Assembly (NCBI GenBank): GCA_965220045.1
Contig: OZ244803.1
Span: 2,711,901 to 2,775,900, forward strand
Direction: 5' to 3'
Source: Chloroflexota bacterium
GTDB taxonomy: Bacteria > Chloroflexota > UBA11872 > VXOZ01
DNA: 64,000 bases
In this document: in pieces, positions 48,741 to 58,000 of the stretch
Position numbering within the stretch: position 1 is the first letter of the stretch
Layout of the letters: each line of letters starts with the position of its first letter
Notes under the pieces: generated by a model
Database searches by the model: none
The model's input: the letters and a program-made list of their open reading frames with translations, nothing else
Told to the model about the DNA's origin: nothing
Made by a program: the position numbers and the translations under genes

Positions 48741-49853
48741 CTAACAGCACTTCTCCTCCTGCGCCATGCGGTCCACGTCCACCATCACGTCGGTCAGCAA
48801 ATCCACGTCCACCTCGTACCACAAACCGAAGGTGCTTGTGCCGCCCGGCCCCAAGATTTCCTCCGCGATTTCGCGTACCACGCCACGGTCCGCGTTTTGC
48901 ACGCCGAAGTCAGCAAATGTCGAGGGCAGGTTGACCGACTGGTTGAAGCGGATCAGCTTGCGTACCTCGGCTTCGCCCTGCTGCATGAGCGCAACTGAAA
49001 TGAGTATGCCGAACGCCACTTGCTCGCCGTGCACGCCTTCGTTCGTAGCATGCTTCGAGAATCCGGGGTGCAGGCCGTGCTCGCCGCCCACCACGCCACA
49101 GGCCGGTCCGGCCACGCCGCCGCCGTAGACAATCGCTTCGACCACCTTGTCCACCGCTTCCGTGGCCACGCCGCGCTCGCAGGCCTCGTAGGCCGATGCG
49201 CCGTAGCCGAGGATCGTGTCATACGTCCATTCCGCGATGGCGATAGCCGCGCCGGTGGGAAAGACATTGTCGAAGCCGAGCATACGTTCGGTGCCGCTGT
49301 TCTGCCGGAGTTCGCGCGCGATGCGGCCGCCCGTCCACGTGGGCAGCGCATCGGCCATTCCGGCCGCCAGCCAGCGCCCGCCGCCCTGGGCAATGATGCG
49401 CGTGTCGGCAATCACCGTATGCGGGCCGACGTACCACACGTTGCGGTCGGCGTCGCCCTCGATGCTGGCACTGAAGGTCGCCGTCGCGTTGGTCGATGCC
49501 ACCGTCGGCAAGCTGATGAGCCAGGCGCCCATTTCGTGCGCGATGGCCTTGGCGGCATCCACCACGCGCCCGCCACCCGCGCCGATGACCACGTCCGCGC
49601 CATACTCTTTGCCCATTGCCACGAGGGCATCCACTTCCGGGCGCTTCTTGTCGACATGGCTACCGTGCTCGACGTGGTACGGAATGCCGTGCTCGTCGAG
49701 CGCGCCGGTGACGGTATCCTGGATGGCCGCCACGGCCCGTCCGCCGCCGACGATAAACGCTTTGCTGCCCAACGCCGCGGCATGCGCGCCAACGTCGCCA
49801 ACAACTCCCGGCCCCACCACAAAGCGCAGCGGGTGAACGATTGCTTTCTTCAT
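48741..49853 (-). CDS. Glycerol dehydrogenase family protein (iron-containing ADH / DHQS-like superfamily)
   Basis: GAGGGRVVDAAKAIAH..G..LISLPTVASTNATATFSASIEGD......VIADTRIIA....LAAGMADALPTW and ...HPGFS....EGVHGEQVAFGILISVAL align motif-for-motif with E. coli GldA as I recall it. Confidence 0.8.
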   Translation of the reverse strand: MKKAIVHPLRFVVGPGVVGDVGAHAAALGSKAFIVGGGRAVAAIQDTVTGALDEHGIPYHVEHGSHVDKKRPEVDALVAMGKEYGADVVIGAGGGRVVDAAKAIAHEMGAWLISLPTVASTNATATFSASIEGDADRNVWYVGPHTVIADTRIIAQGGGRWLAAGMADALPTWTGGRIARELRQNSGTERMLGFDNVFPTGAAIAIAEWTYDTILGYGASAYEACERGVATEAVDKVVEAIVYGGGVAGPACGVVGGEHGLHPGFSKHATNEGVHGEQVAFGILISVALMQQGEAEVRKLIRFNQSVNLPSTFADFGVQNADRGVVREIAEEILGPGGTSTFGLWYEVDVDLLTDVMVDVDRMAQEEKCC

Positions 49854-50426
49854 AGCTGATTATTCCCTTAGCAAATGTAGAATTGATTCGTTTCAATCAC
49901 TGCGGCAGAGCCCGTTCATCCTCGCAAATTGCCGCTAATGCCCGTCATCCGACTCCCAAGCCCGTCTATTCATCTCCGATTCACTGAGGGAGGCAAACGC
50001 TGCAGCGCTCGCAATCTCATCTTCGTACTCGTCCCAGTCGCAATCCTCTCCGACTTCATCGGAGATTTCGGCGCGTTTGGCGCAGAGATTGCCTTCTTGT
50101 TCTGCAGTCATGAGCTTCCTGTCCCAGATTCGATTGCTATGACGAGTCGATCTTGCTGCACATCTGTCGCGTTGGATGGCAACGACCAAAGCCATCGGGC
50201 GATATCGGAATACCACTGTGATTGTGTACTCGTGCCGCCGTAGGCGCTGATTCCCTTGGACCTTGTTTGCCGATCACGTCTCCAGATACTTGAACGCAGC
50301 ACTCCTTTGACAGTATCCACGCAGACTTGCCTTGAATGCTGCCACATCCAGCTTCAGTGGCTGAGCTCGTGCGGCTACGGCCCGCAAGCGAACGTCCCAT
50401 GACCTGCGCGTAGTGCGCTCGTGCGC

Positions 50427-51644
50427 CTAGCCCACCGCCACCGGCAGGCGCATGTCGGATGCCACGGTGTTCATGCTCTCCTTGATGGCCGCCGCCACGT
50501 AGCGCAGGTCCTCGTCGGTCATGAGCGGATGGATGGCCGGGCAGAAAAGCCGCCGGCCGGCATCCGTGGAAACCGGCACGTCGTCCGGACTGTGCCCCAT
50601 GCGCACCATGTAACCGACGTAGTCCGGCAAGGAGGCGTTCATGATCCACGTGCCGACGCCGTGATGGCCGATAAGGCGGTCCGCAAACTTGTCGCGCGGG
50701 TCGCCGGCCCAATCCTGTTCGAACATGAGCGTATAGCCGTACCACACGTGGTGGTAGCCCTCCGGCTCGATGGGGAAGATCAGGCCGGGAATGTCCTCGA
50801 TCAATTCCACAAAGTCGGCCACGCGCTGCCGCCGCGCCTCATTCATTTCGTCGAGCCGTGTGACTTGGATCGAACCCGCCACCGCCTGCAATTTCGTCAT
50901 GCGGAAGTTGGTGCCCCAGCCGTCCAGCGCGCTGCCAAACGAGCGCATGCTGTTCACGAACGTGGCGTAGTCGTCATCATCTGTTGTTACCATGCCGCCT
51001 TCGCCCAGCGTCGTCATGTTCTTGCTGGTCTGGAAGCTGAAGATGTTCATGGCGCCCTTCTTGCCGACCTTGGTGCCCTTGTAGCCGGCGCCGACGGCGC
51101 GGGCCGCGTCGCAAAGCACCGGAGGCGGGCCGTGCACGGGATGCGGATGCCGCTGGGCGACGTCTTCCAAGGCGTCCACGTCGGCGGAGAGGCCGTTGTT
51201 GTGGACTGCCAGGATCGCGCGGGTATTCGGCGTCATGCAGCGCTCGACGTCGTTGGGGTCGATGTTGAACGTCGCCGGATCGATCTCCGCCAGCACTACC
51301 TTAGCGCCGACACCCATCACGCAATGCGACGTCGCCTTAAACGTGATGCCCGGCACGATGACCTCATCGTCGGGACCGAGTTGCAGGGCATGGATCGCAG
51401 CGTCCAAGCCGGTACCGCACGAATTCACCGCAAGCGCGTGCTTCACGTCGCAGTATTCCGCGAACTCTTGCTCGAACTGGGCAATTTCCGGCCCGTGAAA
51501 GCCGATGCGCCAGTCCATGCTCTCCTGCAAGCTGGCGTTAATCGCGTCTACCTCTGCTTGCGTGTACCACCCGCCAAGGATCGGAAACGGAAACTGCCGC
51601 TTGCCATGCTCCAGCAGGTTTCTCTCTTCACTTGTCAATTCCAT
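50427..51644 (-). CDS. DegT/DnrJ/EryC1/StrS family PLP-dependent aminotransferase
   Basis: Family profile including ...AVNSCGTGLDAAIHAL....DDEVIVPGITFKAT..... and the catalytic Lys region ...FSFQTSKNMTTLGEGGMV... Confidence 0.85.
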   Translation of the reverse strand: MELTSEERNLLEHGKRQFPFPILGGWYTQAEVDAINASLQESMDWRIGFHGPEIAQFEQEFAEYCDVKHALAVNSCGTGLDAAIHALQLGPDDEVIVPGITFKATSHCVMGVGAKVVLAEIDPATFNIDPNDVERCMTPNTRAILAVHNNGLSADVDALEDVAQRHPHPVHGPPPVLCDAARAVGAGYKGTKVGKKGAMNIFSFQTSKNMTTLGEGGMVTTDDDDYATFVNSMRSFGSALDGWGTNFRMTKLQAVAGSIQVTRLDEMNEARRQRVADFVELIEDIPGLIFPIEPEGYHHVWYGYTLMFEQDWAGDPRDKFADRLIGHHGVGTWIMNASLPDYVGYMVRMGHSPDDVPVSTDAGRRLFCPAIHPLMTDEDLRYVAAAIKESMNTVASDMRLPVAVG

Positions 51645-51719
51645 CGAAAACTCCTCACTTCACTGCAACTCTTAGCCAGAATTATTGCCACTCAATAGGA
51701 TTCTGTCTCGACGAGTCTA

Positions 51720-53474
51720 TCACGATTGCACGACAACCTGCCGCGCTTCGGCTCCGTTGCTGCTGATAGGCACCGGCACCAGGGCATAGGTGTAGCCGTA
51801 AGCATCTTGCAGCGACACGTCCACGGCTTCACCATCCACCGTGGCGTGCGGAGTCTCACCGTTCTGCTGCGGCACCATGAGTGTAAAGCTGCCGCTGGGA
51901 GAGCTGCCGGTGACCGTGCAGGAAAAGCTGCCGTCATTCCACGCGCTTTGCGAAACCTGCGCCCGGTCGCGCGCGCGCACAAAGTCCGCCCACTCAAACG
52001 CGCTCAAGATGGGCAATCCAAGCTCGTTTGCATAGTCCCAGCACTGGTTCTGATAGGCACTGCTGTACGTATAGAAAGAAACCGGGTGAGAGAGCATTGT
52101 CAGCGGACTGAAATAGCGTTCCTTCTTATCTATCATCCCCTGGCGCGTCGCCTTCGCTTCACCCACGGGGTTCGATGAGAGCTGGGCTTTCACGGAGGCG
52201 TCGTCGTAGGCTTGGGTGAGTTGCTGGAAGACTTCGATGATTTCACCGTCGGTATCCACGAACTTGCCGGGATGCCCGGAGCCGTTCGTGTACTGCAGCC
52301 ACTGGTGGCGGATGCTCAACAGGTTCGTATCCAGCACCACGCCCACGTCTTCATAGACGCGCGCAAGGTCCACGTAGCCTTTCCAGCCGAGGCAGTGATT
52401 GCGGTTGGCAATGACCGTTTCGCCGCCGTAGTGCTCCCGGAAATAGCCGGTATCGCGACGCACGATCTCTTCCATCACGGCGTCTTGTTCTTCATTGACG
52501 TACTGCGGATCGAAGGCGTTGTGATGAATGCCGAATGAGTGGCCGCGAGCGCGCCAGCCCTCTACCCGCTCCGGCGTCGCAATGGTGTACTTGGAAGGCC
52601 CAAGCATGAGGTAGATGGTGATGTGGCCGTTGTGGGCCTCCACAGAATTCATCAGCGCTTCGAAGGCTTCCAGCGGCGAGTAGTCGTCGTCGGAATCCAG
52701 CACCACCGTGCTCTTAGTCTCCGGCGTGTCGTAGTACCACAGGCGCGGCTGTGGATGCTTGGCGATGGCATTAATGGCGTTGCCAAGCAGCATGGCGTGG
52801 ATGTCCGCCTGCGGCAGGTGCATGCGGCGCGGGTCGATGTGGCCGGCAAACGCATCGTTGGGGCGGTAGGGATTACCGAAGCCAAGGGTGCGCCAGCCGT
52901 GATGGACCGGATTGCCTTGGCGTATCAGCGCCACGGCCTGGGCGAGATCGTAGCCAAAGACTACTGCCTGTCCTTTGCCGAGCGGCACGTGCAGGACGGC
53001 GGGATAGGACGTTTCGACCTCGGCATCCAGGTAGACCCGCGCGACTTCGCGGGTGCCTTCCGGCAGTTGCAGCGGTTCGTAGTTGTCGACGGGCAGATGC
53101 GTCTGAACGGACTCATGCGGCACGCCCGCGCTGATGGCATTATCCGGCAACGGACGCACATAGGCCGGAAAGGCCACGGTATCCGTAGGCGCCAGACCCA
53201 ATGCCTCCGTCAGCAGCCGCGAGGGCCGCAGCGCGATGAGGCGTCCGCCCCCCTTCACATAGGCTGCCAGCCGGTCCACGTAGGCACGGCGCGGCAGACA
53301 GGGCGTGACGATCACGGCATCATACGCTTCGAGCCGCGCCAGCGAATCCTGGCCGATGGGCTGCACGTCAAAGTCCGCAAAACCCTCCGCCTTCAGCACT
53401 GCAGCGGTATACGGCCCATAAGTATTCGCGCGGTTACCCGGCTGGGTGAGAATGAGCATGCCCACGGTGGACAA
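51720..53474 (-). CDS. Hypothetical 584 aa protein (possible deacetylase/glycoside-hydrolase-like central domain)
   Basis: No confident motif. Central VVLDSDDDYSPLEAFEALMNSVEAHNGHITIYLM region vaguely CE4-like. Confidence 0.35.
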   Translation of the reverse strand: MSTVGMLILTQPGNRANTYGPYTAAVLKAEGFADFDVQPIGQDSLARLEAYDAVIVTPCLPRRAYVDRLAAYVKGGGRLIALRPSRLLTEALGLAPTDTVAFPAYVRPLPDNAISAGVPHESVQTHLPVDNYEPLQLPEGTREVARVYLDAEVETSYPAVLHVPLGKGQAVVFGYDLAQAVALIRQGNPVHHGWRTLGFGNPYRPNDAFAGHIDPRRMHLPQADIHAMLLGNAINAIAKHPQPRLWYYDTPETKSTVVLDSDDDYSPLEAFEALMNSVEAHNGHITIYLMLGPSKYTIATPERVEGWRARGHSFGIHHNAFDPQYVNEEQDAVMEEIVRRDTGYFREHYGGETVIANRNHCLGWKGYVDLARVYEDVGVVLDTNLLSIRHQWLQYTNGSGHPGKFVDTDGEIIEVFQQLTQAYDDASVKAQLSSNPVGEAKATRQGMIDKKERYFSPLTMLSHPVSFYTYSSAYQNQCWDYANELGLPILSAFEWADFVRARDRAQVSQSAWNDGSFSCTVTGSSPSGSFTLMVPQQNGETPHATVDGEAVDVSLQDAYGYTYALVPVPISSNGAEARQVVVQS

Positions 53475-53768
53475 CCTCCTGAATATGGATAGAGTCTTTG
53501 GCTTACTTTACGTGAGGAGTATACCAGTTTCTCGGCTATGGGCTTGATGCGATGGAACCCACTGTTTCTGGATTGCCGACCCGCTTGCGGCGTGCGCTTC
53601 AATCGCAGGTTGGCAAACGTGATTTGCCCAATACCGCATAGCCTTTGTCTGACGTTTCTTTGCCATCAGGATGCTTCGCGGACGACGTAGTGAAGAGTTT
53701 ACACGGCCTGCTGTAGCTAGTACTCTGAACGCTACGGCAGTGGGAGCGTCAAAGAGGATGCACGTTGC

Positions 53769-55298
53769 ATGTTGACTGCGTGGGTACTCATCGTCTTCCT
53801 GGCGTACTTTGCGGCGCTCATCGGCATCGCGGTGCTTCGCACCCGCCAGATGCAGGAGATGTCGGACTACGTACTCGCCGGCCGCAAGGTCGGCAGCTTC
53901 ACCTCGGCCTTGAGTTCCAGTTCGTCATCCACCAGCGGGTGGACCATGCTCGTCTTCCCGGCGCTGGCATTCATGAACGGCGCCGTGGAATTCTGGACGG
54001 TATTCAGCATCGTCCTGGGTTTCTGGTTGACGTGGACCATTTATGCAAAGCGGTTGCGCCGGTACACCATCGCGACGGAGAACTCCCTTACCTTTCCCGA
54101 GTTTTTCGAGAATCGCTTTGAGGACAAGAGCGGCGTGCTGCGCACGCTTTCCGCCGCGATAGCCCTCTTCTTCATCATCTTCTACATTAGCTCCGGCTTG
54201 ATCGCCGGATCCAAGCTGCTGAATACGGTATTCGGCCTCGAAGGCATTGTGGGTGTCCTGGTGACGCTCGTGGCCGTCGCATCGTATACCTTCATCGGCG
54301 GTTTTCTCGCCGTTTCCCGCACGGACGTCTTCCAGGCCATTATCATGCTGGCCGGCTTCATCATCCTGCCAATCACGCTGCTATTCCTCACCGCCGAGCC
54401 CTTTCAGGGCCTGGAGGGTACGGCCGCCGGCTTCTGGAACCCTTTCACCGACGCATCCGGCAAGGGCGTCACCCTCACCTTCATGCTCTCGACAGCCGGC
54501 TGGGGGTTGGGGGCCTTCGGCTCGTTGCGCGTCTTGCAGCGCTTCATGGCCGTGGATAGCGAACAGCGCATACGGCCCAGCCGCGACATCGGCACACTGT
54601 GGGCAACGCTCATATTCTTGTTTGGTCTCTTGCTGGGGCTCGTGGCTCTGCCGGCCCTTGGCGAGGTTGGGAGGCTCGATGAGGTCACCGCCGATCCGGA
54701 GCGCCTCTACCTCGTCGCCGCGACCGTCTTCTTCCCGCCCATCGTAGCGGGGGTCCTGCTGTCGGCGGTGATCGCCGCCGTAATGAGCACGGCGGACTCC
54801 CAGTTGCTCTTGGCTTCAGCGATCGCCACCGACGACCTGCCGCTTGTCCGAAGGTATGCCTACGCCAAACGGTACGTTTATGTGCTCGGCGCGTTTGCGC
54901 GCGTGTGGCTGGGCCGCTTTCTGCTGGTCGTGGTCGGCGTAATCGCGGCATTGCTTTCCATCTTCAACCCCGATTCCGTGTTCAATCTGGTCTCATACGC
55001 GTGGGGCGGCATGGGCGCGGCCTTCGGACCCCTACTCTTGCTCGCGCTCTACTGGCGCCGCTTCAACTATTGGGGAGCACTCACGTCCCTGCTCACCGGC
55101 ACGGTGGTTGCCTCGATTTGGGGCTACTTTTCCGGCGGCCCCGGCGGCATCATGGACATCCAGCCGGCCACACCGGGCTTCATCATCACCATCCCCGTTG
55201 CCGTGCTTGTCACGTTGCTTACGGCCAAGCCATCCGCAAAGGCGACGGAAGTGTTCGATGACGTCGCTACCGGCTGGTCCGCTGCGCGCGAGAGCTGA
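53769..55298 (+). CDS. Sodium:solute symporter family transporter (PutP/SSF-like)
   Basis: 13 predicted TM helices, N-terminal ...YVLAGRKVG...SALSSSSSSTSGWTMLVFPALAFMNG... characteristic of SSF. Confidence 0.85.
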   Translation: MLTAWVLIVFLAYFAALIGIAVLRTRQMQEMSDYVLAGRKVGSFTSALSSSSSSTSGWTMLVFPALAFMNGAVEFWTVFSIVLGFWLTWTIYAKRLRRYTIATENSLTFPEFFENRFEDKSGVLRTLSAAIALFFIIFYISSGLIAGSKLLNTVFGLEGIVGVLVTLVAVASYTFIGGFLAVSRTDVFQAIIMLAGFIILPITLLFLTAEPFQGLEGTAAGFWNPFTDASGKGVTLTFMLSTAGWGLGAFGSLRVLQRFMAVDSEQRIRPSRDIGTLWATLIFLFGLLLGLVALPALGEVGRLDEVTADPERLYLVAATVFFPPIVAGVLLSAVIAAVMSTADSQLLLASAIATDDLPLVRRYAYAKRYVYVLGAFARVWLGRFLLVVVGVIAALLSIFNPDSVFNLVSYAWGGMGAAFGPLLLLALYWRRFNYWGALTSLLTGTVVASIWGYFSGGPGGIMDIQPATPGFIITIPVAVLVTLLTAKPSAKATEVFDDVATGWSAARES

Positions 55299-55359
55299 CG
55301 CGCAGCGGGGCTGAGGAAGAAATCGGGCAAGAGACCCTAGGTAGTGTTGACATTTCGCC

Positions 55360-55389
55360 GTCATTCCCGCGCAAGCGGGAATCCATCTT
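55360..55389 (+). repeat. Family-A hairpin (GCAA loop)
   Basis: gtcattcccgcgcaagcgggaatccatctt. Confidence 0.85.
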
Positions 55390-55539
55390 CACGCTGCGCA
55401 GATTGTCCTGCTGCGAGGGGGAGCGAGTGACCGTGCGCGCAAGGATTGTCTTTGTCACAGGCCTTTTCTCCCACGCTGCGGAGCAAAACAACCGTGAATC
55501 CCGCACAAACACTTGAGATTCCTCGCTTTCGCTCGGAAT

Positions 55540-56599
55540 TGTAAGTGTCAGGTAATTCGTTGACAGATCTGGTAGAACATTGATGAGTGTCAATCACCAG
55601 ATCTGGAGGCAACTGATGCGGGATAATAGTAGTGACAAGACCATTGAACGGAACCTCATGCAGAAGTGGCGTTTCCTCATCGCCGAGTACGAACGGGTCA
55701 AGGCCAAGCAGCATCCCCAGTTCCGCTTCCTGCAGGACTTCTATGCGTTCCATGGTACCAGTCGCCAGACCTTCGCCAAGTACTACAACCGTTTCTGTCA
55801 GACGCGCAGCGATGACGCCCTGCTGCCGCGCAAGCGCGGTCCCAAGTGGAAGAGCCGCCGCACCTTGCCCTACATCGAGCAGAAGGTGCTGGAGCAGCGC
55901 CGCAAGGGTATCAACCGCTATGAGATCTGTGCCATACTCAAACCGGTACTCAAAGCGCACACACCCTCACCCTCCACCATCTACGCCATTAGCAAGCGCC
56001 ATGGGCTCAACCGCCTGAAACCGGCCATGAAACAAGCCAAGCGCACCATCATCAAGACCCGCGCGGGCGAACTGGGGCATCTGGACTGCCATTACCTCAG
56101 CCGCGACCTGCTCCTGGACAGCTCCCAGCGCTACTACCTGGTCTCCGTGCTCGATGCCTGCACCCGTCTGGCCTGGGCTGAAGTGGTGCCTGACCTCAAG
56201 AGCCTCAGCGTCATGTTCGCCGCGCTCAAGAGCATCAACCTGCTCAACGTTGAGTACGGCATCCAGTTCGAAGCCATCCTCACCGATAACGGTCCTGAGG
56301 TGGCGGCACGCACGAAACCGGCGCAGCATCCCTTCGAGCGCATGCTGCTGGAGCTCGGCATCAAACACCGCTACACCCGGCCCTACCGACCCCAGACCAA
56401 CGGCAAGATCGAACGCTTCTGGCGGACCCTGAACGACGACCTGATCGAAGGCACGACGTTCGAGAACCTGACGGAGTTCCAAAACGAACTGATGCAATAC
56501 CTCCTGTACTACAACACGGAAAGACCACACCAAGGCCTGAAGGGGAATACGCCTCTTCAAGCTCTGCAAAATCTGTCAACGAATTAGTCAACATTTACA
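55540..56599 (+). mobile_element. IS481-family insertion sequence, complete. 29 bp imperfect terminal inverted repeats and a 5 bp target duplication GGAAT, inserted into a family-F hairpin
   Basis: Left IR tgtaagtgtcaggtaattcgttgacagat, right IR (reverse complement) tgtaaatgttgactaattcgttgacagat. Flanks ...cggaat|IS|ggaatgac reconstitute the hairpin gtcattccgagcgaaagcgaggaatc. Confidence 0.85.
55580..56587 (+). CDS. IS481-family DDE transposase (rve integrase core)
   Basis: N-terminal HTH region, then ...HLDCHYL...YYLVSVLDACTRLAWAEVV......TDNGPE... and RPYRPQTNGKIERFWRTLNDDL...YYNTERPHQGL, characteristic of IS481/rve. Confidence 0.85.
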   Translation: MMSVNHQIWRQLMRDNSSDKTIERNLMQKWRFLIAEYERVKAKQHPQFRFLQDFYAFHGTSRQTFAKYYNRFCQTRSDDALLPRKRGPKWKSRRTLPYIEQKVLEQRRKGINRYEICAILKPVLKAHTPSPSTIYAISKRHGLNRLKPAMKQAKRTIIKTRAGELGHLDCHYLSRDLLLDSSQRYYLVSVLDACTRLAWAEVVPDLKSLSVMFAALKSINLLNVEYGIQFEAILTDNGPEVAARTKPAQHPFERMLLELGIKHRYTRPYRPQTNGKIERFWRTLNDDLIEGTTFENLTEFQNELMQYLLYYNTERPHQGLKGNTPLQALQNLSTN

Positions 56600-56727
56600 G
56601 GAATGACATCAAATGTCAACAGAGCCTAGACACTGCTCAACAGCCGGCATCCCTTTGGAGTGAACAACACCCGCCGTGTGGCGGGTGTTTGCGGTTCTCC
56701 GCTTTCGATGGCCCGGCGCCTACTTGC

Positions 56728-57795
56728 TCAGTGCCTCAGTGACCTGATGATTGGCCCTGCCGCTAGCAACTCGGCAAGATGTCCCGCCCGGTCCACACGC
56801 CCGAAGTAGTTACAGGGAATCACTTCAAACGGTCCCAAGCGGCGCATTACTTCATCGAGCAGCAGGTTTTGGCCGATGTTGTCGGTGGCGTAGTGGGGCA
56901 GGCGCACCAGAGCGATTCCGTGCTCCTGGCAAGCGGCCACGCTTGCCGCCCCCGCCGAAACTTGAACCACAGTATTCACTCCCGCCTGCGCCAGCAGAGG
57001 AAAAGCGGTCGGTGGGTAGGCATAGCCGCCGGCGAACTTGGCATGAATGCGGCCGACGGGCTGCGCCGCGTCGCCCACCATTATGCGGGGTACCGCGCCG
57101 ATTTGCGCGGCTTCTTGCATTTCAGGAATCGTTAGCATGAGCTCAACCACGTCGCCTACCGTCCGCGGCCGCTCCCGGGCAAAGAGTGCATTCAGGTATT
57201 GGCGGTGCGCCAAATCTACCGGCGTGTGGATGCAGGCCAATGGATACCCGAGCAGCTTAGCCGTATCGGGCCCAATGCGGTGCACATCCTCATGCTCGCG
57301 CAGACGCTGGGCCATAAAGTCGAAAATGCACGCGCGGGCCTCATCTGCCGGCACCCCTTCCCACACGAGATAGTCCGCGTTTATCTCCATGAAGTCCGCG
57401 ACGAGCGAGGCGGAGATGCCGACGCTGTTGGTGTGATGTGAGATAAAGGCATCAATCTTTGTACCTTTGGCAGCAAGCTGCGCGCCAAGCAGCAACTCTT
57501 GCACGTGCAGGTTGATGCCGACCAACGCGGTGCGGATGGGCGTATTGTCCGGCCCGTTGGATATCCGCACGTCACCGTAAGGATTGCGAAAGCGTTCCTT
57601 GTCGTAAATCTCCTGCTGCCAGGCGGGCAACGCGGCATACTCGTCGCTCCGCTGCTGCAACTGGCGCTCTATGGTCGCCTGGCCGCGCGGGTCCAACTCC
57701 CGGCCAATTGCGATGGAGGTCTCATACATTTCGCGCAAAGTCACGACACTATTCCTATGCTTCCGTACATGCGCTGCGATACTTCCAGTCGTCAC
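56728..57795 (-). CDS. NIF3/DUF34-like dinuclear-metal-center protein (tentative), paralog 1
   Basis: ...VGINLHVQELLLGAQLAAKGTKIDAFISHHTNS... and C-terminal ...LPHYATDNIGQNLL... mirror the YbgI-type HH and GHxATE motifs. Confidence 0.45.
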   Translation of the reverse strand: MTTGSIAAHVRKHRNSVVTLREMYETSIAIGRELDPRGQATIERQLQQRSDEYAALPAWQQEIYDKERFRNPYGDVRISNGPDNTPIRTALVGINLHVQELLLGAQLAAKGTKIDAFISHHTNSVGISASLVADFMEINADYLVWEGVPADEARACIFDFMAQRLREHEDVHRIGPDTAKLLGYPLACIHTPVDLAHRQYLNALFARERPRTVGDVVELMLTIPEMQEAAQIGAVPRIMVGDAAQPVGRIHAKFAGGYAYPPTAFPLLAQAGVNTVVQVSAGAASVAACQEHGIALVRLPHYATDNIGQNLLLDEVMRRLGPFEVIPCNYFGRVDRAGHLAELLAAGPIIRSLRH

Positions 57796-58000
57796 TCCCG
57801 CGAAAGCGGGAGTCTATCTGCGAAGATTAAGATGGATTCCCGCTTTCGCGGGAATGACGGGTTGTTGCGTTCTTCACTGCGGCAAACACCGCCACGCCAA
57901 AAGCGGACTTGCTAGTATGGATTCCCGCTTTCGCGGGATTGACGGGTTGCTGCGTTCTTCACCATGGCAAACACTGTCACGCCAAGAGCGGACAAGCTAG
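57791..58000. repeat. Repeat cluster: three hairpins (family A and a stem variant gtcactcccgcgaaagcgggagtc) plus a roughly 85 bp tandem duplication
   Basis: gacgggttgYtgcgttcttcacNNNggcaaacacYgYcacgccaaRagcggacWWgctag occurs twice (57856-57915, 57941-58000), each preceded by an inverted hairpin. Confidence 0.85.

Noticed and set aside
49929-50243. Overlapping small ORFs on both strands (104 aa plus strand, 93 aa minus strand)
   Set aside because: No family resemblance on either strand. The minus-strand product is acidic and low-complexity. I could not decide which strand, if either, is coding.
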